From Thalia democratica (Eukaryota), in contig OZ241834.1 in NCBI GenBank assembly GCA_965202585.1, forward strand, positions 8,184,001 to 8,248,000: DNA of 64,000 bases. Direction: 5' to 3'. Position 1 is the stretch's first letter; every line of letters begins with the position of its first letter. Positions 26,497-39,925 of the stretch are shown one piece after another. A model generated the notes under the pieces. That model saw only the letters and a list, made by a program, of their open reading frames with translations. It was not told where the DNA came from and did no database searches. Position numbers and translations under genes: made by a program.

Positions 26497-29400
26497 ATGC
26501 ACTCAACAACTTATCAACTCAAATACATCAAAACAAAGGTCATGCCCTCCATACTAAAACATCCTTACAGTGGACCTTTTAAAAAACCTGTTGATCCAGT
26601 ACAACTCAATATTCCTGTTAGTTTGTTTATGTATTTAATTAATATACTATAAAAAAATTTTTGTTATAATTTAAAAAATATATATTCTTCAACTTATGAG
26701 TCTTTTATTTTAATTTAGTTTTATGTAAATTCTATTTTAACCATATATTTGTATCTAAATTTAGTATATTTATTATATATAGTTATTTGTCTTAACTAAA
26801 AAAGATTGCTTAATTTACTGAAATGTAAAGAGCTTATTTAAATAATTAAATACATTTATTTATTATGTATATTTATTATAAAAATACTAGTTATTTTCTA
26901 AACATATTTTTTTCTTCATTATAAAAGTTTTACAAAATGGCTTAATAACAATTTATTTACCTATTTTATAAGTACCAGGAGGGTTCTGTATAGCTATGAA
27001 AAATTCTACTTCAATTGTATAAAAACAGGACTACTTTGATGTTATTAAAAACCCCATGTGCTTGCAAACAATCAAGAAAAAATTGCAAAATAATCAGTAT
27101 GAAAGCATTAATGAATGCTGTGATGATTTTCAACTTATGTTTGACAACTGCTGCAAGTACAATGGTGTATGTTATATTTTTTTAAATATTTTTTATTAAA
27201 AAAAATGGGTTTTCAAGCTTACTAATAGCTAAACATTTGCACTTTATAAACTAAAAAAAAGTTTTTTGTCTTAAAATAACACACAATAAACTATAACTAA
27301 ATTTGACAATTCTCATTTAAAAACAACATTTGATTAAAATGAATGTCTTTAAAACTTGAAAATACTAAATGTTATTTAAAAATGTCTATTAGGTTTTGAT
27401 TTAGTTGCTTTAATACATTATAATTAATTATATATTCTCAGCCTGATCATTACATTTCTAAAATGGCTATATCAGTACAAAAATGTTTTAATGAGAAAAT
27501 AAGCAAGATGCAAAAAAAGCAAGCTCAAAAAAGAGCTAATGAAGAGACAGCACCTAAAAGAGCATTAAAAAGAGAGAAATCTGTTGAAAGTGGAGAGGTA
27601 AGCAAAAAAATGATTTTAGAGAAAATTTCTGATAGTAATTTTGCATAAAAAAATCAATTGTTTTATTTAAAAATCAAAGTTTCTATTCACACATATAAAA
27701 AAAATTGTTATAAGGACTTATGTTTAACTTTTTAGAGTATAAACATTTTATTTAAGTTTAAAAAGGAGTCATTTAAAAATTAATGAAGTATACAAAGTGG
27801 TTGATTATCACAAAAACACATTGTTTTTAATTTTTATGAATTAAAGAAAGTTTATAGTAACATTTCTTGTTTTTTGAAAAAAAACTGGAAATTTAAGAAA
27901 ACTTACAAAAATTAATAAAAATTACATAAAATCAAGTTTCACCTCAATAAAACTTTGTTATTGTGCATTTAATTGTGCACAATGTGTTTTTGTGATAATT
28001 GGCCACATGTAAAAATTTTCAGCAAAGAATTCAAAGGTTGAATTTTTTGGGACTCATACAGTTTGTATTAAGTTAGTTTTTAGAAAATCTATCGGTGCCA
28101 AGGTGAAAGTTTCTTCAAATTATCTAAGATTTTGCACAGGGTATTTTTTTCATATTTCATAAACATATTTTTTTTTAATTCCAGCTGGAAACTAAAAAGT
28201 TGCTGTAAAAATAAGCACCCTAGTATACATACTTATACAAGCCATTTTTTTCTCTCAAAAATTACTAAATGTTATACATCTAATGCAGAGGAGTTTAAAT
28301 ATTCACTAAATCTAATTAAAAAGCCTTTTAATGTTAGACTTTAATCGACAAAAAGGAAAGGAGTACACTTTGTTATTAAAAACTTAATTTTTGTTTTGTA
28401 GTGTTTTCAAACTGTCTCATAATTTTTAGTTACTTACAAAGCTCGCAGTAGTTTTTGAAACATAACGGATCAAAAATAGAGTGTTTATAAAAACTTTCTT
28501 TTACTTAAGGTAAACAAAAACTTCTTAACTAAAACTGTATTTTTCTCTTCAGTTTTAAAAGAAATAAATTAAAATTTTATTCAGTACTATTGAGATTTGT
28601 AAAGTACAAAGTTATTGTTATTAATTTTTCTATTAAAGTTTAAAAAAGATTTTTTTAAATGACCTTATTCTTTGTAAAACTTATTTTTTGATTACAATAT
28701 TTTGTTATGTTAGAAACAATCCCTTTAAACTATAAACCAGTAGCTTGATTAACTTTTAAAAAAGTAGTTTTTTGAAACTTTTTATCTTTCTGAGAGAATT
28801 GACAAAAGAGAACAATTTTTCTCCATAATTGTGTGCGAAAGCTCGTTACAAGTTTAAAAATCTCAATAGGTGATAAAAATGTTGCAACATTTTGTAAACT
28901 GTAGTTAATTTTATACTAAAAAGTTCTTACAAATACAAATATCAGTTTTTTCTATAAAAGAATATTAGGCCCTTATGGGTAAAAAAACAATTAATCATTT
29001 ATATTTAAAATACAAAACTGCATTATCTAATACAGTTTTAATGTGAATGAGTCAATTGAAAAAAATATTGCTTTGAAATATTAGGACAAGGCACACAAAT
29101 AGAACTTCTTAAAAATTGTTTTTACATACCTTTAATCCAATAATTTAAAAAAATGTTGAAGTTTTTAAATCAGTGAAAATTATTTATTAGTTAAGATAAA
29201 AACTTTCAAACTATTATTTATTTGTAAAAATACAGGTTGACCCCATATGGCCGTTGTTACACGAAATTAACTAAACTATAATTTAAAGATTATTAAAATT
29301 ACAATTGTTTGTTTATCATAGAAAAAAATACGTTTGAGATAAAACTATAATAACTAAACATAAAATTATATAAATTTTAAGTATGATGTTGGTGTTAGTC

Positions 29401-30542
29401 AGTAGTATGAATACATAATATTATGCAGTTACACTGTAAAAAAAAATTGTAAGTACTTAGCTTACGAGTTTAAAAAAGTGTATATTTTTAAACAGAATTG
29501 CCCTCTTAATAAAAGGCTGAAATTGGAAAAAGTAACTGAAAATTCACCTGATTTGAGCCAACCAAAGCTTCAACAAGAAGCATCAAACAGAAACAAGTAC
29601 GTTTAAAATATTTTTATTAAAAAAACTTTTTCAAACATTTTGTTTAACTTGAGTGTATGGTTATATGTTTACAAGTTACTTGTAAACATATTTTTTCAAT
29701 GTTTTAAACTTCAAAGCAAAGTTTGTGGTAAATTTATTTGAAATTAAATATACTGTTTGATGTTGTGGCAGCTTTGTGATTTAGTTTGAGGCTAAACTAC
29801 TTTTGAATGTTTTTTATTAGAAAACATGTATAACTAAGTTTACAACTGATTAGATGTTCTGAATATGTGAAACAAACTTATTTCCAAAAAGAAAATGATG
29901 TTCTCAAGTTTGTGTCCACTACTAATAAAGAAAAACTGTTGAGTCAAAACAAACTTTTACCTAAGAAAGGCGTCAAATTTCCTGAAAACAGTATAAAAGT
30001 ATGTTTGAGCTTTATTAAGAATGTTTAGTATAACAGATAATTTCAATTGAGATTACATTTTTGAAAGCTTAAACAAAATTATTTTAAACGTTTTAACTAA
30101 TTTTACATAGTAAATTTATTTATCAGTAATAAAAAAAAAGTAATGTAATTTATTTATTTTGATTTAATTGTATTATTATTTTCAATTAGGTGTGTACACT
30201 AGTAAATTATTATTAAAAAAAAATTAAGACCTTAAAATTTTATACAGAAGCCTGAACCAGAAATAACTCTTGACAAGGAAAGACTTAAGCGCATGACACC
30301 TCAAGAATCACAAAATTACATGGAATGTTTCGTCAAGGCTAAAAGCAGTAAGTTATACTTCTAATTTAATTGAATTATTTGTGCACTTGTAAACATACTT
30401 TTGTTACAAAGTGTTGTAAAATTAAACCAATTTTAGTGTGAATCATTTAAAATTTTATACTCTTATCATATTTTTTATATGTTGTTAACATTATGAAATA
30501 ATTACAGTTGTCAGCTCTATGTTCAAGCTTGCTAACTTGTGA
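26497..30542 (+). CDS. Single-bromodomain protein (BET BD1-like), 7 coding exons, 264 aa
   Basis: Exons 26497-26616, 27029-27166, 27442-27597, 29496-29596, 29854-29998, 30248-30347 and 30508-30542 join with GT-AG and matching phases (795 nt). Translation [89 protein letters not shown] closely parallels BRD2/3/4 BD1. Confidence 0.9.
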
Positions 30543-31390
30543 GTGGAGGTGAAATATAGAAGTAAAAAGGAGCTGAAGTTATTATATTTTTACTTTACTT
30601 TTACTGCCATGCAAGTACTTAACTTTTAATTGAGTTTCTTTATTAGTATTTTTATTTTTGTCGTGTTTGATCTTAAAATAAGTTTAGCATTGTATGAATT
30701 AATTTTTTTTTTAATTTGATATTTACCTTTAATTTTCTTCTTATATAAAGTTAATCTGAAAAAAGAGTGAAGTTTAATTACATATATTTAAAAAGTGCAT
30801 TATTAATGGTATAACATTCTTTTTAAAAGCATATAGATGTCTTTATTATATGAGTATATAAAAACCTAAAATAAAATTAAAAAACTGACATTATTTTAGA
30901 TTATAATAAAGTGTTTAAAGCCTATGTCTTATTAAGTTAATATAAAAGTGTTTGTTTGAATTATAAGTGTTCTGAATATTTAGTTTTTAATTGTCAATGT
31001 GTAAAGCTAAAAATTAGTCTACTGGTGCTAAATACATTTACTTAATTACTTTCAAATTTGTTTAACTACAAAACAAATTTTAACAGTTTAAATTGTTCAA
31101 GTTAAATACCTATAACTTTTCAAAGTTGTTAAATGTTTCATTATTTGTATAGCTATCATTTTTAACATCTTGAAAAATGTCAAGCCCATTTATTGTTGTT
31201 TTGATATATGATTTTTCAAACTTCCTTTAAAACAAAAAACGAAAAAATTTAATAACTTTTTAATTAAAACTTTACAGTATTTTTCTTTGTTATCATTTTA
31301 AAAACAACAACTATGCCACAAAAGTTACCGTAAAACAAAAGTTTAAATTTTTCATTTATAGCAAATTATTACTTAGTAAAAACTTTTTGT

Positions 31391-31726
31391 GGTAATGTTG
31401 GTAAGCTTTGAATATATGTTGTTGTTTTACTTGTGAATTGCTATATATGCTAGCTAGCTGTTTTTCTATTTGATTGTTTTATATATATATATGTTTTTAT
31501 ACTTTTGGGTAATAAAATATTGCTTAGCATAAATTTTTGTTGTCTTTTGGTAATGTTGGTAAACTTAGAATATATGTTTGTTATATGTTGTTGCTTTACT
31601 TGTGTATTGGTGTATTGCTAAATATGCTAGCTAGCTGTTTTTTTATTTGATTGTTTTTTATATATGTTTTTATACTTATGGGTAATAAAATAAAATATTG
31701 CGTAGCATAAATTTTTTTGTCTTTTG
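31391..31726. repeat. About 160-180-bp diverged tandem duplication
   Basis: ggtaatgttggtaa...tgctagctagctgtttt...gggtaataaaa...tagcataaatttt occurs twice in tandem, starting near 31391 and 31549. Confidence 0.85.
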
Positions 31727-32172
31727 TACTGACTTATTTTATTTTTTTCTCAGTACCACTATCGCTTCTTCGGTGACATTGGCAGCCATTATAAGTTGTG
31801 GGCCGCTTTTTTTCTAAAAATTTTTTTTCACGGGCCATAGTTATAATAAATATGTTTTTCAGTAAAATGTTACTAGTTTGAACAAAAAGTTCAGAGTATA
31901 AGCCATAATAAATCATAAGTTATTACTATTTACTGTTAATTTAAAAGCCTGAATAATAACTTTTTACCACCAAAATTTTAAATTGTTTTGGTGAAACTCT
32001 GGAAAGGTTTTCAGCTAAAAAGTACACCGCGGAGTTTTTCGGTCCCTAGGCTTTTGCAAGTAAATTGAAATAAAGTACAGTTCTATAACTTAAATTTTTC
32101 TGTCAGAATTTCGACAATTTATAAGAGATATACAACTTTTAAGAAAATAATTTATTAATTTGATACTTAAAA

Positions 32173-32526
32173 CAGGGTTGCCACAAAACCTTGAATTTGA
32201 CAATTAAGACTTGAAAACCTGGAGTTTAGGAATTTTTGGAAAAAAAACTTTGTAAACTCAAATCATTAAACAACCTAGAATTTTTAACAATTTTTATATA
32301 TTAAGAAGAAAATTTTTAATTCGACACGAAAAATCATATAGATCAAAAAGTTTGTCATCATCAATAATTTTTTTTTACTAAAAAACACATTTAAAGTAGC
32401 TTAATAGTATATTTTCATTGTTGTTATGCTATACAACACAGTTTTTTAACTTAAATTTAAACCAAAAATAGACCCAAACACGTATAAACCTTGGAAGAAA
32501 TTTCTCAAAAACCAGTGGCAACCCCG
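32173..32526. mobile_element. MITE with CAGGGTTGCCAC terminal inverted repeats (hAT-like)
   Basis: CAGGGTTGCCAC at 32173 and GTGGCAACCCCG at 32515-32526, with repeated aaacct(t)g subterminal motifs. 354 bp, non-coding. Confidence 0.75.
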
Positions 32527-34599
32527 TTAAAGTTTTACAATTTCAAATAATCTCATAAATAAACGTTTTGAAGTTCTGTTAGATTTGTTGTTTGAAAACT
32601 AGGAGTTAATCAAAACTCATCATTTAATTATTTTTCTAATTATGGTCTTATTTTTTTTAATATACGTATGTGAGCTTAAAATTTTGTTAAAACTACTGAG
32701 TTTTGCTTTTATGATAATAAATTAACTTTTAAATGTCTTTATTGTTTAGAATGTTTTCGTTTTAAATTATGAAATTAATAAGGACGAAATTAGGTTGCAG
32801 AATGTTGCATGGTTTTATGGTCGTGCGGTTCATTTTAGTGGTTTTAAAAGTAAAAATTATTTTGTGACAAATTCTGTATAACTTTATATGCTGAGTACAT
32901 AGTTGCACTTTTAACTTGTCTGATCTGCTAAAATTAAATTTTTATCTCAAACTTCGTATAGCTTTTAAATTACAAAATATATACTCTTATGTAGATCTAA
33001 TTTTTGTATTTAGTATTATATAAATATATTTTATTTCAAAAAATTTATGGTAGCTTTTAAAAAATATATCTAAAGAGGGCACATTTCATAATACAGTCTT
33101 ACTTATAATTTTTATAGTATAAATAAAGAGTTGTTGACTAAGATTTTTAACTTTTGTAAGTTATTGCGAGTTTTGAGTGATAGGCATAGATCTTATACAA
33201 ATTACTACAACTATTTATATGATGTGTATATATCCGAGAATAAACTTATAGTAAGTTTTAAAACTAAATCACTTTGATTATTGCTTTTTAAAAGTCTTTA
33301 ATCGACTAGCAAAACTATACACCATAGTGTTTTTATTTTCAGTTCATAACATAATTTTTTAATAACTGTAGAGAGTGTATAAAAAAAAAACAAGTTAATG
33401 TAGAGAAGCGATTTTTTTTAAATTTTTTAAACAAGTAGATAAAATAACTTTTATTTTTCCTTTAAAATGTAAATAATAAATATCCACAACTAGCTTGTTA
33501 TTTTTTTTTTGCACTTAACCTTGTTGCATGAAATAAGTAAATAAAAGAAAAAGTAAACCTACCAGCTAGCTGTACCTATCTTTTGGCATTATTACCATTT
33601 AACTCAAATACCAGTTTTTGTTGATTATTTTAACTTTAATAAGCGGAAGTTTTTCAAAATAAAAAGAATTAGTTGAGCAATAATGTATAATTATTTTTCG
33701 CTAAATAAGTAAGAATATAAAGTGTCGTATAAAAGCGGAAATCCCGAAAACAAAATATTTAAGTACTAACTAACAGGAAGTGTCAGTTATTTTTTAAATA
33801 TTGTAAAAGTATATATATAGTTAGATGAAGAACTGTAGTATTTTGTTTTTCTTTGCAAATGAGCTTTTTATTTATATTACTTAAATTAAGTTTTTTAGAT
33901 ATTAAACATTTTAAATATTATTAAATTAAAATATTACAAACTTATTTTATCTAATGACTTCATACTGTAAACATTAAAGTTCTACAGAAAGTAAAGTTTT
34001 AAAATGTTTACTACTGCTTAAACGTATTAAAACCACAAGCATTTAGTAAATTAGTATAAGACATACTACTTTAAAAGTAAAATTATAATTAGAATGGTTT
34101 AAAAACACTTTGTTAATTAGGAGTTATATTTAAGTACTTTAAATAAAAGTTTTACATTTTACTAAAAACTATAGGTAGTATGTATATGATCTTACTAATT
34201 TACTTGGCTTATTTTACTAATTTTATTAGTTATGGGTAAAAAAGACTTTTAAGTGACTAATCTTATGTATGTTTTAAAACTTATAAAAAGATCCAAAACA
34301 ACAGCACCACAAATTCTTTATATTAAATCATTCTTGTTTTGCGTAATAGGTAAAATGTTTTTTAAAAATTAAAAATTCAATAAAAAAACAAAACTTTCAT
34401 TAAAAACTTACGAGCAAATATATTAGTAGGTTATTGTACTGTATAAACAAAGTTTAAGCAATATGTTTAGTTTAACCATTAAAGAACTAGTTATTTCATT
34501 TCCGCATTCAAAACACTTTGCTTTCTGCATACTTACCTACACAAGCAAAAAACATTCAAGTGCAAGTGATATGAGAAAAGTGTGCATGTTCGTGATTTG

Positions 34600-34700
34600 A
34601 AGGATGCCAGCGGTTTGTAGAATGTGCTTTGTAGAATGTGCTAACCACGCTATTTGCGTTTATATAAGCCAACCTTCTTTGTTTTTAAAGTAAATTTTAT
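34600..34700 (+). promoter_or_regulatory. Candidate TATA promoter, possibly for the 178-aa gene at 36125
   Basis: TATATAAG at 34661, preceded by a perfect 14-bp tandem repeat tttgtagaatgtgc x2 (34614-34641). A possible donor (aa|gtaaat) lies near 34690. Assignment to the downstream gene is inference. Confidence 0.3.
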
Positions 34701-36124
34701 CAGTCCAAACTTTGAAGTGATCAATTACTTTCTTAATAGTCAGCTGAAAGTGCTTGCTTTACATTACTAGATATTTTAGATAAAATTAACGACGATTTAA
34801 GTTAAGCACATTTGTTTTTATTAAATAAAAAAGAAAGAGACAGTTTACTATTTGATAACAAAAAAAATTCAGCATAGGTATTAATAAGTTTTATAAATGA
34901 GATATTAATAAATTAACATGTAGATTACAATATGCATTTTTATGTTCTAGTCATCTAGTGTACTTCAAAGCTATACAAACTTTTGAAATGGTGCATAAGG
35001 GTTTCAAAACTTGTAAACATAAGTACAGTTTGTAAAGAAAAATTTATAAAACATATATTCAAAACATGGTTAGTTTGCTTATTTATAACAATGCTTACAA
35101 AATTATAAATAGTCAAAACTCATAAGCGTTTTAAATGTGTTTATTGAAAAGGTAAAAATGAAAGCTTATGAAAAAAACAATTAAAAATATTCGGACGTTT
35201 AAAAATAATGTTAGTTAGTCAAAATAGTTACATTTCAAGTTAGATATCAAGTATGATGTTACTTTCTCACAATACACTACTGAACTTGGTTTTGAAGGAT
35301 GTAGCTGCGTATTATGACGTCACATTCTTACGTAAGCGATCACGAGTTATTTGCGATCATAGCATTTGTGAAATTCTTTCAAGAAATGCAAACAGCATTA
35401 AACTTCTTTTTGAACTTGAGCATAGTAATACAATTATATTTTCAATTCTTTTAACTTTTACTGTTTTAAATAAGATTTTTTTTTGAACTTGAGTTGAGTG
35501 AAACAGAACAATTTTGTTTCATACTTTTGAGTTTTATTTTTGATATTATTATTGAAAAAGTTAGTTATAGTCTTGAAAAATGTTTACTCCTAAAATTGTT
35601 TGGATAAGTCTGTTTTTATAGTATAAACTTTTAAAGCAGACAATCAAATTATTTTTCTTATGGTTTTGGATTTATAGTTTAGATTTTGTAAGTAAAAGAA
35701 TGAATATTGAAGTTTAAAGTTTTGTCTTTTCATACACATTTGTACTATTTGTATAAAAGTTACTTTGTAGTCAAGTGTTTTATATAAAAATATTTAGTAA
35801 ACTTAACATCTTATGTAGTATTTTATTTGATTTATTTATTATAATTAAAGCCATAACTATTAAACTAGAATTTATTGAAATATTCGCGATCAGTTTTTTA
35901 TAAATAGAAGCGTTTCAAAAAACAATTTAAGCAATAGTTATTCAATTGTAACTTCTAAAAACTAAATTTCGTAAAAAAAATTTAACTTTTTTCTGTTTCT
36001 AAGCAACTAGCATTTGATAATAAAATTTTGAATGAAGTCAAACTTCATATAAATTTTGTAATAAAATTCCTAACTCAAAATAAAAGTAGTGGATATATAA
36101 ACTGTAAAACAAACTAACAGATAA

Positions 36125-36661
36125 ATGGTTTTAAGCATCGACTTACTGGAAGGCAGAATGGAAAACTTTTGGTCGCTAGGTGGCAACGTTGAAACGTGCT
36201 TCTACGGGCATTTCGATCCCGATGAGGACGTGGTTGCTGTTACGTCACAAGAAGAAGACGACGTATCGGAGATGATGCGCCGCATGTCCCTCCATGGCAA
36301 CCAGAAGACCCTCTCCCGTTGCTACGGAGTGGAGAGAGTAGTGTACGAGAGGTACGAGTCGCTGAGGAGCTTCGCAAACAGATCCGTCGAACGCAACAGG
36401 GCCAGGGTGCGACAGGTGCCGACCGTGGAAGGGTGTCAGCAGTTGCTAGGTAACCTCAACCGGGACTTTATCAGGTACAAGGCCACCGGAAGCGAGCCTC
36501 TGAACCTGACCGGGGAGTTTTTGTCGTTCGCCAAAGACGCGGACCAGTTTAGGACGCCCGAAGAGCTGATAGGGGACATGAACACGATCCACGTCGCTAT
36601 TTTGCAAAAATACCTGAAAATAAGAATTCAGGAAATTTCAATGATGCATGCTTATTTTTGA
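36125..36661 (+). CDS. Uncharacterised 178-aa protein, copy A (intronless CDS, GC-rich)
   Basis: ATG-to-TGA ORF, GC-rich core, splice acceptor ctaacAG 4 nt before the ATG. Versus copy B, 8 of 9 substitutions are synonymous, which supports real coding function. Confidence 0.85.
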   Translation: MVLSIDLLEGRMENFWSLGGNVETCFYGHFDPDEDVVAVTSQEEDDVSEMMRRMSLHGNQKTLSRCYGVERVVYERYESLRSFANRSVERNRARVRQVPTVEGCQQLLGNLNRDFIRYKATGSEPLNLTGEFLSFAKDADQFRTPEELIGDMNTIHVAILQKYLKIRIQEISMMHAYF

Positions 36662-39600
36662 TTGTTAAAAATTAAAATAAAGTTCTGCCTAATTTAAAAA
36701 TATTATTTTTTTAAATAACATAAAACTAGTTATTTTTAAGGATGGAATTTTCATGTTTGCAATTTCGAGTTTAAAATTTCAAAGATAAGTTATTAAGATT
36801 TATTTAAGAACTAAGTTTCTGAAAGTAATTTTTTTATATCATAATTTCAAAGTTTTTAAACATTTTATCGTTATTATTATCTTCAGTAAAGCACTAGACT
36901 GTATTACACGATCATTAACAACAATCCATGTGATATTTTGCGACTTTGTTTTGTCTTCATTAGGACACACCAGTCAATTGATCGTTCACAGCTCATTGTT
37001 AAAACGTTGTCAGTTTCAATATAAAACTACAGCTTACGTTTGTTTGATCTAGCTAGAATCGAAAAGTTTCAAGCACTTCAAAGTGTCTACTTGATGTGTC
37101 CTAATAAGGACAACATTGTCGCATATTTTCGCCTGGACTGTTGTTGGTGGTGCAGTGTAGTGCTTATTGAGTTTATAATTATAATCAGAAGAACACTACC
37201 TTTTTATCACGAGTATAAGTATAAAAATTATGCACTTGTATTTATCAAGCCTTAATAAGTTTACACTAGTTTTCACGGTCTAAAAAAAATTTTTAATTTT
37301 TTTTTTTTTGTTAATTTTACACTTAATTTGGTTTAAAAAAATAATTCAATTACTCAATACTTTAAAGTATTTGCAAACATTTTAACTACTCAGTTAAGTT
37401 TTAACTTTTATTTTTATTTTGTTAATATCTGTCCTTTTTCACCCATAGCTGCTTTAAAAAGGAAACAAAGTTTATCATTCTGAAAATATTTTGTTTTTCC
37501 TCATTTTGTTTTCTAAAGTGATAAACTTTTGTTTAAGCTTGTTTCAACATGGTCCAGTTGTATTAATATGATAATAATTATTTTTTAAAAGAATATTAAG
37601 TAAAAAATTAGCTATAAAAGTATATAGATTCTTTTTTTTGGTGTTTTGATTTGATAAAAATTCAAAGTTTATCTTTTCTAACTATAAAGGGAGTTGTTTA
37701 AATATTTTCATTTTTACTTGCATCTTACAAAATTTAGATTATTGGTAGAAAATAGAATATCTGATATTAATAGAAAGTTAGAAAACAACCTTTAATTGTA
37801 GATTACAGTTGATACTTTTTTTTTAAGTTAACACAAAACTTTTTAAACATCTATGTAGTTTTTTTCTGATGGTTTTAGTCATCAACCGATTAATTAAAAT
37901 TAATTTATCAAATTAACTTGTAAACTTCCAACAAGTTTTTTTTTTTTAATTAAATATTTTTTTTCTACAAAGTTTTATAAGTATAACGTTTTAACATTCA
38001 CATACTTCTGATATCTAAACTACTAGTTTGATTATGTTCAATAACCAGGTAAACACACTTTAGATGAACTTGCTGTTATATGTTGATAAAACTTAACTGC
38101 TTAAAAGTGTCAGCAGTCACAGAATTTACGCTTTTTAAAAGTTATTTCTAGTAAGCTAATACAAGTCTATATTATTATGATTCTAAGCTTTTTAGTTTTA
38201 GATCTTTTTTTTCAATTAACGTTAAAATACTTATAAACCTTGTAGCTTACTTTTTTTTGACCTTTATAAAAAATTAAAAATGAAAAAAAAACAGTTTTTC
38301 TTGTACTAAAGCATGTTATTATCTATTTAAAAAAGTCTAGTTTTTATGTTTAATTTTTTTAAACTTTTAGAATACTAAAAGTTTCTTATTATTTTGCTTT
38401 ACAATTATTAGTATACTCGAAAGGTTTTTATTGAACTGCATTTATTATTATTAATTTTTCTTCAAGTAATGATATCATTATTAAAAATGTTAAAAAAAAA
38501 TTAATACATTGGGTTAAGAAAAGCATTCAAGTTAATAAACTTAAAGCAACCATGTCATCACCTTTGTTTAATAATTTGAAAGAGTAGCTGTTAATACGTT
38601 AAACAAAAAAAAAATATTACGCGATTTTGTGAAGTAAAACTAAGGAATAACTAAACTAGGAATAGTTTTATTTACACAATAAAAAATAATCATTAAAACA
38701 TTTTTTATACTTGGAAATTTTGTTATTTTGGTTTAACTTTGATATTTATTAATAAGGGTTAATTTTCTTATGTATAAATCAAGCTTTAAAAAATTATGTA
38801 AAATTTATAATAACTAAACTTTATTATAACATATTTAATAGCTTCATCTTTTAAATAAAATCTCCTTTAGTAACAAAAGTTTCAAAATGTAAAATAAAAT
38901 TAATAAAAGTAGTAAATGTAAGTAGCTGAACTTTGAGTAATCTGAACTTCGTCTTTTTAAAAGCACGCTGAAAAGAATATAAAAATGAAATTTTTCGGTC
39001 AGTTAATCTTGAACGCCATTAAACTAATTATATAAGTCAAACGATTTTGAAGTTGTTACGAAACAGGGTTAAGATTTATTTTCTTAAACCACTGCGTATA
39101 TTTATCTTTTGTTGATTAAACTTAAGTTATACCATTGTTGAAAAAAAAAACTATATTTCAAGTATACTTGCTTAACTTTCTGACGTATAAATTAACACCT
39201 TGTAGATTTTTAACCGACTAATAAATTGTAATATGAAAGGGTCAGTAACCGTTTCAATAAAACAATAAATTTGCATACTTGAAATATAATTTAGAGTGAG
39301 CACCGTTTAAACGTCATTTAGCAAAGAAAATACATAATCTAATATCAAAAAAACTTTATGTTGGCTCTATTTTCATACAGTTTAGTAGCAGAAATTTATA
39401 ACACTAGTTTACAATAAATTTTTGAATATATAAAATAAATAGTTATTAAAAGGCAAAATTAAATTATACAATCCTTCATTAAGTCATTTATAAGTTTTAA
39501 AAATAAATTATCTATGTTTTACACCAATTTTTTTACTAAAGGAATGTTAAATGTTGCTAATTTTCTAGAATCTAATACAGTTATAAATTATAATAAATAT

Positions 39601-39889
39601 TTTATTTCGAAAGATAACTTCAAAAATAAATACCAGTGAAGAGTACTTTGCTATTGAAAAAAAATTCTAAGACTTACAAAAATAATACACTAATGAATTT
39701 TTTTGCTAAGATTCCTTTTGAAGTCTTTAGTATCTAAAATGGGGTACCCCAAAGTTGGTAATAACTTTTTTAAAGGACAACAATAGTCAGTGAGGATTCG
39801 AACAACTAAATTGATAAATAAACAGTAAATTGGTAATATTTAGTAAAATTGGAAGATTATAAACCCCTAAGCTATATAAACATTGTAAC

Positions 39890-39925
39890 CAGTGGCGACG
39901 CATGGTTATTTTGTTAGAGGACAAA
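39890..39925. mobile_element. Terminal fragment of the CAGTGGCG hAT-like family
   Basis: cagtggcgacgcatggttattttgttagagg closely matches cagtggcgtcgcgtggtcactttgttagagg at 54174. No matching far end seen. Confidence 0.55.

Noticed and set aside
34529-34538. U1 snRNA 5' end (ATACTTACCT)
   Set aside because: The match ends after 10 nt, with no U1 stem-loops or Sm site; it is more likely a minus-strand donor-like or chance sequence.
36125-36661. High GC alone as proof of horizontal transfer
   Set aside because: The IL-17-like last exon and the HS1BP3 PX region are also GC-rich, so composition is not diagnostic here; it needs homology evidence.
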